DNA of 63,847 nucleotides, the filler included, from Dugesia japonica (taxonomy: Eukaryota), in assembly GCA_001938525.1 (NCBI GenBank). It is 6 parts of 6 records of this genome, joined end to end, with 100 filler letters (N's around TTAATTAATTAA, not from the genome) between each part and the next. Parts side by side here need not be neighbours in the genome. Positions count along the whole stretch, not along the records: positions 18,906 to 28,233 come from MQRL01592755.1; positions 28,334 to 39,198 come from MQRL01616511.1; 4 more parts are not named here. One strand, written 5' to 3'. Made by a program: the position numbers and the translations under genes. This document shows positions 26,400 to 37,002 of the stretch, piece after piece; within the stretch, counting starts at the first letter, position 1, and each line of letters starts with the position of its first letter. The notes beneath the pieces were generated by a model. The model ran no database searches and had not been told where the DNA came from. It saw nothing but the letters and a program-made list of their open reading frames with translations.

Positions 26400-26636
26400 A
26401 TCAGGCAATTAAATAAAATTAAAACAAACTATTTAATTTATAAACGTAATGTCGATTACATTTNNNNNNNNNNNNNNNNNNNNNNNNNNNNNNNNNNNNN
26501 NNNNNNNNNNNNNNNNNNNNNNNNNNNNAATATAGGCTTTACAGTTGAAGAAGAGATCAATTCAACTATTCCATTTCTTGATTTGCTTATTGAAAGAAAG
26601 AATACCTCCTTTGAAACAGATATATATTTGAAACCA
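26400..26636 (+). mobile_element. Penelope-like element RT fragment
   Basis: YKRNVDYI (cf. RYVDD), then after the gap NIGFTVEEEINSTIPFLDLLIERKNTSFETDIYLKP (cf. IKFTxE..LPFLD..T.VYRKP). Confidence 0.75.
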
Positions 26637-26890
26637 ATGATATAAAAAATTTAAAATTACAGTCACTAACAATTGTCGTAAAAATGGGAGTTTCAATAAA
26701 TATGTATACTCGAGAATAGTCAACTGTTGGTTTGTACCAGAGTTATTTCCTGCTCTAAGACTTGTAAAATATGACACTTTATGTGTAAATGTGTTCTCAA
26801 CAGGAAAATAGTGATGCTTTGTCTTTAAAATTTTAATTTTCAGGTATATGTGGATAACATTACTTCAAATTTATTTAATTTGATGGAAAA
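26636..26890 (+). pseudogene. Second copy of the TBP-like gene (C-terminal repeat), frameshifted
   Basis: DIKNLKLQSLTIVVKMGVSINMY / NCWFVPELFPALRLVKYDTLCVNVFSTGK / IVML..YVDNITSNLF, homologous to 18055-18298. Confidence 0.82.
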
Positions 26891-27049
26891 ATTTAGAGAA
26901 TTCGCAAGACAAATACAAAACTTTTACAATTCAAGTACAAAAAATATCAATTTAAATTTAGATATGTAAATTTCAAATAATTAATATATCATGTAGTGGT
27001 TTTTTATTATGCTAATATATATGCATTTCATTATTATTTCTTGTAATTT

Positions 27050-27329
27050 AAAAATAAATTCCTTAACTATTAAAGAAATACAAGAAAATTTCCTTAAACA
27101 GGTTGGTTATTTAATAATTATTTTAATTGCTATTTAAATTTAAAATTTAGGAATGCTTGTAGATTAATGCGAAGAAAGGGGGATCCTGGACGACGAAATA
27201 CAACCGTTCTTTCCGGACTTAGCAATAAATGAATATATGGCAGCTAATTTTTGCACACCTGATTGTTTCGGGTGTGCAAAGTTTAATTTTATGGTTGCCA
27301 AGGAGCAACATCAGAATGAACTTTTATGA
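27050..27329 (+). pseudogene. Small spliced CxxxCxxC gene, copy 1
   Basis: Intron 27102-27150. Exon 2 reads GMLVD*CEERGILDDE..INEYMAANFCTPDCFGCAKFNFMVA. Confidence 0.62.
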
Positions 27330-27459
27330 ACAATTATTTTTGTTACCGATGATTTATGTTTAAAAATAAAGGTTTTATTATTCAATTTTATGTTTTATTT
27401 ATTTAGTTTTTTTACTTCGTTTTTAATTAAGTGTTCTTTTTTATAATAAATTTAAAAAG

Positions 27460-27750
27460 ATTTTGTCAATTTTTCTATAAAAAACATATTAGTGGGAACT
27501 TTTCTACACACAATGATAAAAAAAATCCTAAATTCATGGAACCTTTCCATATTTAACTAATAATTCTAAATCAAAACTTATAAGAAAATATTTTTATGAT
27601 TGTATATGATTTATAAGTGTGTAGGGTTTATGATTGTGGGACACCTCCATATAAATAACTTAAAATTGCTGTATAAATACCATGTATTACAGGGTTTATG
27701 AGTATATATGATTTATGAATGTGAATCATAATCACATTTATAACATAAAA
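27460..27750 (-). repeat. Partial reverse copy of the subterminal repeat stack (tiers B and A)
   Basis: Reverse-complement similarity to 29030-29140 and to the tactcataaaccc units of 28738-28995. Confidence 0.6.
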
Positions 27751-27937
27751 TTACTGTTTAATGTTTTCTTGGTGTTATGTTTTTCTTTTACTGAAATAAA
27801 TCATTATGAAAAACCTTGTTAATTTTTAATTATAAGACATTTTGTAATATAATAACTAAAAATACTAATTAAAAGAAAGACAAAATATTAATACATTTAT
27901 TCGATAGTAACAAAAATATTCATTGTATTGATTCATT

Positions 27938-28216
27938 TCAGCCAGATGCTTCTCCAGAGGCAACCATAAAATTAAACTTTGCACACCCATTACAGTTTAG
28001 TGCGCAAAAATTGGCCGCCATATATTCATTTATTACTGAGTCCTGAAGCATTGGTTTACTTTCTTCATCTATTAATCCTCGTTCTTCACTTATATCAACA
28101 AGCATTCCTAAATTTAAAAGTTAAATTATGAATTATAAATTTTTAAATTTCAAACCTCTTTTTTAAAGATTATCTTCAGAATTTTTTAATAATTCTTTAA
28201 TATATTTTGAAATCAT
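27938..28216 (-). pseudogene. Small spliced CxxxCxxC gene, copy 2 (convergent with copy 1)
   Basis: ATG at 28216 and phase-1 intron 28108-28155. MISKYIKELLKNSEDNL*KRGMLVDISEERGLIDEE..INEYMAANFCALNCNGCAKFNFMVASGEASG*. Confidence 0.65.
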
Positions 28217-28233
28217 TATTAAAATTACAAGAA

Positions 28234-28333
28234 NNNNNNNNNNNNNNNNNNNNNNNNNNNNNNNNNNNNNNNNNNNNTTAATTAATTAANNNNNNNNNNN
28301 NNNNNNNNNNNNNNNNNNNNNNNNNNNNNNNNN
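28234..28333. other. Artificial contig linker
   Basis: N44-TTAATTAATTAA-N44. Confidence 0.97.
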
Positions 28334-28590
28334 CAAAGTTATTTAAAACATTTTCATTAAAGCAAGATGAAATATTTGAATTTACATTAGCAAATAGAAC
28401 TAAAAGTTTTAAATTTGATAAAATCTTAACAAAAACTTTAGGATTAATGAATCGCAATATACTCGAATAAAATTTAATGATAAATAACTATTATATAAAA
28501 GTAATAAAAAACCTAGAATATNAAAGTGTTATAATGAAATTTTCATCTATTGTAGTATTGTTGAACCTATAATTGTTGGAGATTTTAGAT
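28334..28590 (+). pseudogene. Penton fragment
   Basis: KLFKTFSLKQDEIFEFTLANRTKSFKFDKILTKTLG matches 14471-14953. It is followed by the conserved IFIYCSIVEPIIVGD. Confidence 0.75.
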
Positions 28591-28737
28591 ACATACATAA
28601 TCGTTATTTGTTAGTTTTTATTAGCCGTTACTCATTTCGATTAATATGATTAGATGTTATCTAAAATATTCATGAACATGATGAGAGCATGCATTGTGCG
28701 TGACGCGAGCATGTATTTTGCATGGTAATCTCTTATT

Positions 28738-30575
28738 ACATGTAAATAATATACTCATAAACCCTGAAATATAGGGTTACTATATAAATATTACTCTCAT
28801 AAGCAATATATTACACAGTTGCTATGTAAATAATGTACTCATAAAACCTATAGGGTTACTATGTAATAATACATTTATAATCCTTAAAATAAATGGTTGC
28901 TATGTAAATAATACAAGGTAACTTTGTAAATAATATACTCATAAACCATATAATACAAGTAACTATGTAAATAATATACTCATAAATCCTATACACTATA
29001 AGTTTTTTATAAACTTATTAGTTATATATGAAACAGTTCCATGAATTTATGATTTTAATGGAAAAGTTTCTATGCTTTTTATCATTTTGTGCAAAGAAAT
29101 GTTCTCATTTTAATATGTTTTATAGAAAAAATTGGATATGTTTTTATTTAGTTGCTTTTATTAAAAATTACATCACTAATGAGATGTTTTATAGAAAATT
29201 GTCACTATTAATATGTATTTATAGAAAATTGCCACTAGTAATATGTTTTTCATTAGAAACATTACATGACTAATATGTTTCTGAAAGAAAATTATCTAGC
29301 TAATATGCTTTTAAGAAAAAAAAGATTTGTTTTTTTCATCTTGTAAAAAAAAATTTTATTATGTAAATATCGCAAAGACTTCCCTCTTTGAAGTATTTTA
29401 ATATATATGTTTTATCAAATAAATATCACAAAAATTCCTCTCTTTGAAGTATTTTAATGTATATTTTTTATCATGAAAATATCACAAAGACTCCCCTCTT
29501 TGAGGTTTTTGGATAGATATGTAAATATAGATCATGTAAATATCACAAAGTCTCCACTCTTTAGTTATTTTTACTGCACTGAAAATCATGTGCCTGAGAA
29601 TTTTTATTAAAAATACAATAGGTATGCAACTCAGATGCCATTAGAATGCAACACACATATAATAAAAATCACGTGCCTCGAAGATTTTTATTAATAAATG
29701 CAATAGGTACGCAACTCAGAGGCCACAAGAATGCAACACACATACACTGAAAATCATGCGCCTGAGAATTTTTAAAAACTGAACATAGCCACCATTTTGC
29801 TTTTTTTAAAGACTCAACATAGCTGCCATTTTGAATTTTTATTGATTTCTTCAATAAATGCAATAGAAATGCAACTCATATGCAACACATATACACTGAA
29901 AATCACGTGACTATGAATTTAAGACCGACTCATACCTTGCAAAAAATCAAAACTGTCCCATACCATGCAAAATATCAAGACTGCCACATACCATGCAAAA
30001 TATAGAAACTTCTCATGCTAAATATCAAGACTGCTCCATCTCATACATAAATATAAAGTCTGCTCAAAAATAAAATTTTAATTTTCCATGCAAGAATAAA
30101 TCTTTGAATTTCCCGCTAAAATTTTTTTAAATTTCCCATAAAAAATTAACAAGACTTCCCTCTTCCCTACTCGAAAAATATGAAAACACACACTTCCCAG
30201 TCAAAAATATATCAAATACTCAAAAACACCATTACTTTCAATAAATTCATCAATTAAAGCAAAATTCAACATTTTGAACTAACAGAAAAATTTCAAATAA
30301 TTAATAAGAAATCTGATAAATAATTCTCTTTCAATACATACCACTTTCCCCCTCCTGAAAATTTTTTTAACACACTTATACTGTTTACAAAAAATCAACC
30401 AATCAAATTAAAGCCCTTTAAATAAAAAATCGATACACATTCGACATACAAAATCTTCTTCATCACATTACCCTTCCAACGAAATATCTACCATTCAAAT
30501 CCCATAACCCACTACAAAGCTACAACCTACCAAAAAACACGCCACGATAACTAATACGACTGTTCCCTGGCGTTT
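28738..30575 (+). repeat. Ordered stack of five tandem-repeat tiers plus a unique segment (putative Polinton TIR/subterminal domain)
   Basis: Approximate unit sizes: A ~38 nt (28738-28995), B ~30 nt (29100-29320), C ~52 nt (29350-29570), D ~80 nt (29575-29920), E ~24 nt (29920-30065). 29880-30575 is the reverse complement of about 43555-44330. Confidence 0.8.
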
Positions 30576-31259
30576 CTTTTATGTCTATTACTTTCTNCAA
30601 TTTTGCATAATAATCTCTTCTTCTGTTTTTATTAATATTTGCACAGATTATTAGCATTTTTTATAAGAGTTTTTCTTTGGTCAGCTCTCCATTTGCTAAG
30701 GATTTATCGACCAAATCTTCCACATTTTAAAAAAACATCTCAAGTTCTTCATCACCACCTTGATAGCTTTCAAGATTCTGTAAATCTTTTATTATGTCTC
30801 TCTTGCTCTCATAAGCTAATCTCAATCATTCTCGATATTCATCAGNNNNNNNNNNNNNNNNNNNNNNNNNNNNNNNNNNNNTTCATGAAGCATATATGTT
30901 ACCCAACGTTCCTGATCTTTCTTAGCAATGATGTTCTTTGCCTCAAAGTATATTTCACACTATTTGATAAACTTTTCTTATATTTTATTGTATATAAATT
31001 ATTTTTGAATTTAAAAAAATATATAATTTTAAATAAACATATTTTATTCACTTCATTTTATGTTTTATTCTTTTTAAAATATATTTGATTAAAAAAAAAT
31101 ACATTAAAATAAAAATCTTTTATTCATTTTATTTTATATTTTTAAAAAATCCTTAAATTTTAGTAATTTATTTTATAGTTTATTTTCTTGATATAATTTT
31201 AAATATACTTTTGATTTTACTAATTTCCGTTTTTAAAGATAAAAAATTTTAAATAATAA

Positions 31260-34200
31260 ATCTAACAGCGATAAAGACGATTAGGCAAGTATTTGAATTA
31301 CAAAACGACGATGGAAAAAATAAATAATAAAGAGGAAAATATTTTGTTATTAGATGTCGCCGAAGTGCTAATGGCGTTCAATGAAATTAAATCAAGTTTT
31401 GATAGGTTACATCAAACTTTGCTGGAGTAATTGATCGCAGATTGAGAAAAGCAGTTGATAGAATTGGAGATTAAGCCATTTAAAGTAAAGATATATGTGA
31501 AACAGCAAGTAATTTGTCATTTACGAGTACATAAAACAAATGGATGGTGCGACATTGTGAAAAGAGTCAGGTGCATGATAAATATGGTTCGAAAAACCTG
31601 TATTTTGGTCATGATAGAATAGAAGATGATTTTATAGAGCCTGTGTTGTTAAACGGACAATGGAGTAACTCTAAGATAGATTTTTATGTTAAAAGTGTAC
31701 GGGATCATACCCATGTTAATTGAGGAGCTGAGAATATCCAAAAGCATGTTAAACAGATTTAGAAGTGGGTGAGAGAAAATATGGAGTTTACATGTCACCA
31801 GAAAGTATTGAAAGCGATAGACATAAAACAGAAGCAACAAATAGAGAGCATNNNNNNNNNNNNNNNNNNNNNNNNNNNNNNNNNNNNNNNNNNNNNNNNN
31901 NNNNNNNNNNNNNNNNNNNNNNNNNNNNNNNNNNNNNNNNNNNNNNNNNNNNNNNNNNNNNNNNNNNNNNNNNNNNNNNNNNNNNNNNNNNNNNNNNNNN
32001 NNNNNNNNNNNNNNNNNNNNNNNNNNNNNNNNNNNNGAAAGAGGATTTCATGGTTTTAAGAAACAAGGAATGGCAACTGATTTGATTATTACACTTTTAC
32101 TGTCATCGTGGTAGATGGGAACAGAAGATGAAATTATCACTAGACCAAGTAGCAAATTAGCATCGCCGATAGAACCTCCAGAACATCGACAGTTATCGTT
32201 GTGTAAATATTGTTGAAGATTTGGTCACCAAGAAAGTAGGTGTTTGTGGTTAAAGATTTGTTTCAGTACTATTATTAATTGTATTTAAATGAATAAATGG
32301 TGAAGAGTGCTTTAATTAAGCTGATGTTCATACGGAACATAGAATACTCATAACACGTTTTAATACTGAAATACAGACGATATCTGGAAAAGGGTTAAAA
32401 AAAGAACCGTCAACCAATGATTTCAGTGAAAGGATAAATAGCCAAATTGCATATAAATGGATGCAACTAAACATCCCAGTTGATGATCAGCCAATCAATG
32501 CAGTAATATACAGAGAATTTTGGAGTTTATCGATCGAGGTCAAAGGCAACAGACCACAGGAAGTAAGGCTCGTACAATATAAAAAAGGAAACAGAAGATG
32601 TATATCGAGAAGAGGATTGGCAATTTATTCGCAAAGGGAAGACAAAATTGTTTAGAGTATATCGCATTTTCAGTATATATTATTGCACCGAATTTCAGAT
32701 CATGTATATAACGCGAGATTGGAAAAATCCAGTATGGTCAACTAACCAGGATGATTGTCTGAAAAGTCAAGCTTTATATGTGTCACAGTTGTGGAAAATC
32801 GGATCGAATAAAATAATTGGAGTACGTTGGGAACGACAAGCCCAGCAAATCAAAAGACTAATAGAAACATTACAATTCGGGAAATGAAGGCATGCAAATA
32901 AAGGCCTCAAAAACGGAGAAGGCGGCGGACACGTTTAAAATTACCATAAAACGAGGTAATAAACAAAATGTACGATTTGGACATTACAAAGAATTACAAG
33001 AATGGACAAACGGAGAGTTTCTACAGGAATTCGAATGGCGGGAAAGTAAACTAGAGTTAGTAAGGAAAATTAAAAAGAAGTTTGGAGTATGGGTTGATTT
33101 GGAATATATTGTAGTATTTGAGTTACCGCAGAACAAGTCCTTAAACTTTAATGCTACCGTGACAACAGTAAAATCGACAATAGTAAAAACAACGATGCAA
33201 ACGAATCCGAAGACAAAGAAAACGATGACAATGAAGAGTAGTACAAAAAAAACCAGTGTAGATAGTGAAGTGAGACGTACTACGGCAGCGGAATATGTGA
33301 AAATAACATAAAAAATGAACAAGCATGAATGCCATCAAATGAATTAAATAAACAACAAGGGGTTTTATTGATCAATAGATAAGAGAAATGGTAAGAACCG
33401 GTTCACGATGGAAATTTCCGACAAAAGCCAAATTGAAGCACGAGGTGACAACGAAGCAAAGCAAAAAAGAAACAAAAAGGAATTGGTCAACAGGACACAG
33501 CGGTGGAGAAGTGAGTGTTATTACAATAATCATGATCACAATTATAATAATATTAATTTGTAAAGTGAAACAAGGGCAGTATCTGAGACTGCGATTAGAA
33601 CCAGAATTAAGGGAGTTGACGCCAAAATATTTACATCCCCTAAGAGAATTGGTGCGATTGGAAGGTCCTAAGGGAGGAACTGAGCTGTTGTGGGATTATT
33701 AATGAGAGTGGCAAAAGGGAAGTTGTAAATAAATTACCTGAAATGTAACAATAGGTTACACTATTTAGTTTTTTGAGTTAGCTCAAAATGTAAAGTAGAT
33801 TACAGTTGATTAAATTAAAATTAAAGTTTAGAGTGATTGAATCAATTTGATTTTGCTATGGATCCCCATAGTGTTTATCGCATTATTTATTTAGTAAAAA
33901 GGGAACAGAAACGAACTACAATGAATTGACATCTAACAGTAAATTTAGATCTAGACGACATCGATAGAACAATTTTGGAGGAACCAACTCAAAGTGAGGC
34001 GCTAGTTCAATCGGATACGAGAATAGTGGAGTTAGAAAGTCAGGGGGCAGGCTTATAATTTAAATTACAGGGATTAAGCACCTAGAACCAGAGGGGCAGC
34101 GAGCATGTAGGGAATCTCTTCCGAGAAAGAGATCAGTGAAAAAGGTTCTATGTGGAAAGGAAAGAGATTATTCTGAAACAGCAACAAGGACTGAATCGTG

Positions 34201-34600
34201 CTCGAAAAAGACATCTCGATCAAGTCAAAGAGTGAAAGACGGAAGTTAAATGGCAACAGATGAAAATAAAAATGCTGGAAAATAAACGATGGTTAGCAAT
34301 AATGAAGCGCGAATTACAAATCAACGAACTCAGCAGAAGAAATTAAATTGAATACAGAGAGACAATGAGAATTTGATGAGAGAATCAAGCGTTGAGGTTT
34401 GAGAGAGAGCATAACCAGATAAAAAACTTGAATTTGGAAAATACGATGAAGCACATTCACGCGAAAATTCTAGGTTAACCGCTGAGAATCTATTTTAGTA
34501 GATTGTAAATGGCGTTTTCCCGACAAGTTGTACCATTTCATTTACCTTACTACCTGTCATAGGATAAAATAATGTATTGTAAATATAAATAAACATTTAT
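31260..34600 (+). mobile_element. Decayed accessory region, probably of a large LTR retroelement
   Basis: Purine-rich, GC-richer island with a CCHC knuckle CKYC*RFGHQESRC (32201-32242), a Thr/Lys-rich stretch, one TM helix (33388-33702) and a coiled-coil-like remnant at about 33920-34480. No pol motif seen. Confidence 0.4.
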
Positions 34601-35389
34601 CAGGAAAACCCCATTTACTGATTTTTTGAATTTAAAAAATATAATAAAATTTAAAAATAAAATAAACATTTTTTATTATTAGAAAAGGGAAACAAAATTA
34701 GAAGATTTTACTTTAAATACTTTATATAATACTGTAAATGATTTTTTTAAACTTGAAAATTTTAGTACCAAAGAAATGTGAAATTACAAAGAAAACAGCA
34801 AATAAATATTTAAATGTTTTAAAAGAAATGTATTCTCAAGTTGAAAATAAANNNNNNNNNNNNNNNNNTTTATTAAGTTTAATACTAATAAAAATTTGTG
34901 AATTAGAATGTAAAGGAGAAATAATTAATGATTTATGTAAACATTATTTTTGTCTTTAGAAAAATGGATGAGATTATTGATGATATAAAACAAAATCCTC
35001 AATTTATGAATAAATCAAAAGAAAATTATATTAAAGTTTTAAATTCTTCAGTAAAAGAACAAAATGTAATATTAAAAGATGTTTATCCTAAATTNNNATT
35101 ATTTGAAGAAGCTAAGAATGTGGCTGGAAGTACAATTTATGATTTAGCAATAGAAAACGAAACTTTAAAATTGCAAAAAAGAGATGTTAAATCTTTAATA
35201 AAAACAATTTGAAAAAGGAGTTGATACAAACACAAAATAAAAAATATAATACCAGAATAAACAGTAGTTTTTTATTAATATTTTAGTAATCGAAATCGTA
35301 ATCGAAATCGTATGGTAATTGTATGGTAATTGTATGGTAACCGTAAACGTAACCATATGGTAATAGTAATAAATTTTTTTATTAATAAA

Positions 35390-35662
35390 ATGGATAGTGA
35401 TTTTTATAAACTCCTAAAAAGTTATAATTTTATTGAAAACCCTATTTCAAGATTTTGTAAACAAAATAATGTAAATGAAAAAACAGTAACAAAATATTTA
35501 AGAGAATTTTATATTCCTTATAATCGAAAAAAATTCATTAAAATTACAGAAAGAGATGTTAATGGACAATATAAATCTTTAATAAAACGATTTGATAAAA
35601 CTTCTATTAAACCAGTCTTGAATGGTCCAATTCAAAATCAAAATTCTATTAAACCAGTTTAA
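35390..35662 (+). CDS. Small putative helix-turn-helix protein
   Basis: ISRFCKQNNVNEKTVTKYLREFYIPY fits an HTH pattern. ATG at 35390. Confidence 0.45.
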   Translation: MDSDFYKLLKSYNFIENPISRFCKQNNVNEKTVTKYLREFYIPYNRKKFIKITERDVNGQYKSLIKRFDKTSIKPVLNGPIQNQNSIKPV

Positions 35663-35783
35663 AACTAACCACCACAAAAACCTATAGTGAATTATCTGAA
35701 AATGAGTGATTTAAATTTTCTAAAAGTTGTTGAAAATACTATTTTCGGTAATGAAAAATAACTTTATTTTATTTCTAAAGAAA

Positions 35784-36275
35784 ATGGGTAGTAAAAAACA
35801 GCAAGAAGTTTTCGGTATAAATAATTTTAGTTTTGAAGAAATTAATAATGAAATTACAAATAAATATTTGGGTCTTTTAAAAGAAATNNNNNNNNNNNNN
35901 NNNNNNNNNNNNNNNNNNNNNNNNNNNNNNNNNNNNNNNNNNNNNNNNNNNNNNNNNNNNNNNNNNNNNNNNNNNNNNNNNNNNNNNNNNNNNNNNNNNN
36001 NNNNNNNNNNNNNNNNNNNNNNNNNNNNNNNNNNNNNNNNNNNNNNNNNNNNNNNNNNNNNNNNNNNNNNNNNNNNNNNNNNNNNNNNNNNNNNNNNNNN
36101 NNNNNNNNNTTTAAAACCAAAATTTATTGAACATCCATGTATAAAACTTTCATTGATAAAATGGGAAAATGATGATGTAAAATTAACAAATATGGATTGT
36201 ATAAAAATAGCTGAGGAAATAACAAAAACTACTGATAATTTATGTGAAAGGTTAACTAGAGAAAAAAATAATTAA
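35784..36275 (+). CDS. Unknown coiled-coil protein, paralog 1 (spans N gap)
   Basis: Shares KQQEVxGIN and KPKFIEHPx(I/L)KLxLIKxExDD..DCIxIA..LCERLTR with 36299-36955. Confidence 0.6.
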   Translation: MGSKKQQEVFGINNFSFEEINNEITNKYLGLLKEXXXXXXXXXXXXXXXXXXXXXXXXXXXXXXXXXXXXXXXXXXXXXXXXXXXXXXXXXXXXXXXXXXXXXXXXXXXLKPKFIEHPCIKLSLIKWENDDVKLTNMDCIKIAEEITKTTDNLCERLTREKNN

Positions 36276-36298
36276 ATTCATTTTTTAACTTTAGCAAA

Positions 36299-36955
36299 AT
36301 GGCTAGTAAAAAACAAGTTATTAGTAAACTAAAACAACAAGAAGTTTTGGGTATAAATACTTCATATAATAGTATAAATAATTTAGCAAATCTTGAAAAA
36401 TTTACTATCACACAAATTGAAAGTTTTGTTAAATGTGAAATTACTAATAAAACAGNNNNNNNNNNNNNNNNNNNNNNNNNNNNNNNNNNNNNNNNNNNNN
36501 NNNNNNNNNNNNNNNNNNNNNNNNNNNNNNNNNNNNNNNNNNNNNNNGTTTCTAAATTTTGTGAATCAGAATGTAAGAGTAAATTAATAAATCAATTTTC
36601 TAAACAAGATGAAAGAAATATTGAAATTATAAAACAGTTAGAAATTGATTACCAAAAAGAAAAGGATGAAAATAATAAATTAATGGAACGATTAAATTTA
36701 GCTCAAAAACCAAAATTTATTGAACATCCAGGTTTAAAACTTACATTGATAAAATATGAAGATGATGATGATTTAATTATTACAAATGATGATTGTATTA
36801 ATATTGCTAAAAAAATAAAAGAAAATAGTGATGATTTATGTGAAAGGTTAACAAGATTAAAAGTTCCAGAAGAATATGAAGGAGATATAAAAAGAGTTTA
36901 TGCAGCTAAAAGTGATTTACCAAATTATACAGTAAAAACTTCAAACATGAAATAA
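36299..36955 (+). CDS. Unknown coiled-coil protein, paralog 2 (spans N gap)
   Basis: Tandem paralog of 35784-36275. Confidence 0.62.
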   Translation: MASKKQVISKLKQQEVLGINTSYNSINNLANLEKFTITQIESFVKCEITNKTXXXXXXXXXXXXXXXXXXXXXXXXXXXXXXXVSKFCESECKSKLINQFSKQDERNIEIIKQLEIDYQKEKDENNKLMERLNLAQKPKFIEHPGLKLTLIKYEDDDDLIITNDDCINIAKKIKENSDDLCERLTRLKVPEEYEGDIKRVYAAKSDLPNYTVKTSNMK

Positions 36956-37002
36956 GTACCTTTAAAGTAGTNTTTTATATAATCAAATTTTTTATTTATA
37001 AA

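Noticed and set aside
25400-26410. Hammerhead ribozyme cores (CTGAAGA at about 25404; CTGATGA on the minus strand at about 26404)
   Set aside because: No convincing stems II/III with a properly placed GAAA and cleavage triplet.
27250-28000. Radical SAM enzyme suggested by CxxxCxxC
   Set aside because: The products are under 80 aa with the motif near the C-terminus, leaving no room for the barrel fold.
28738-30065. CRISPR-like array
   Set aside because: The units are degenerate tandem repeats without unique spacers, there are no cas genes, and the context is eukaryotic.
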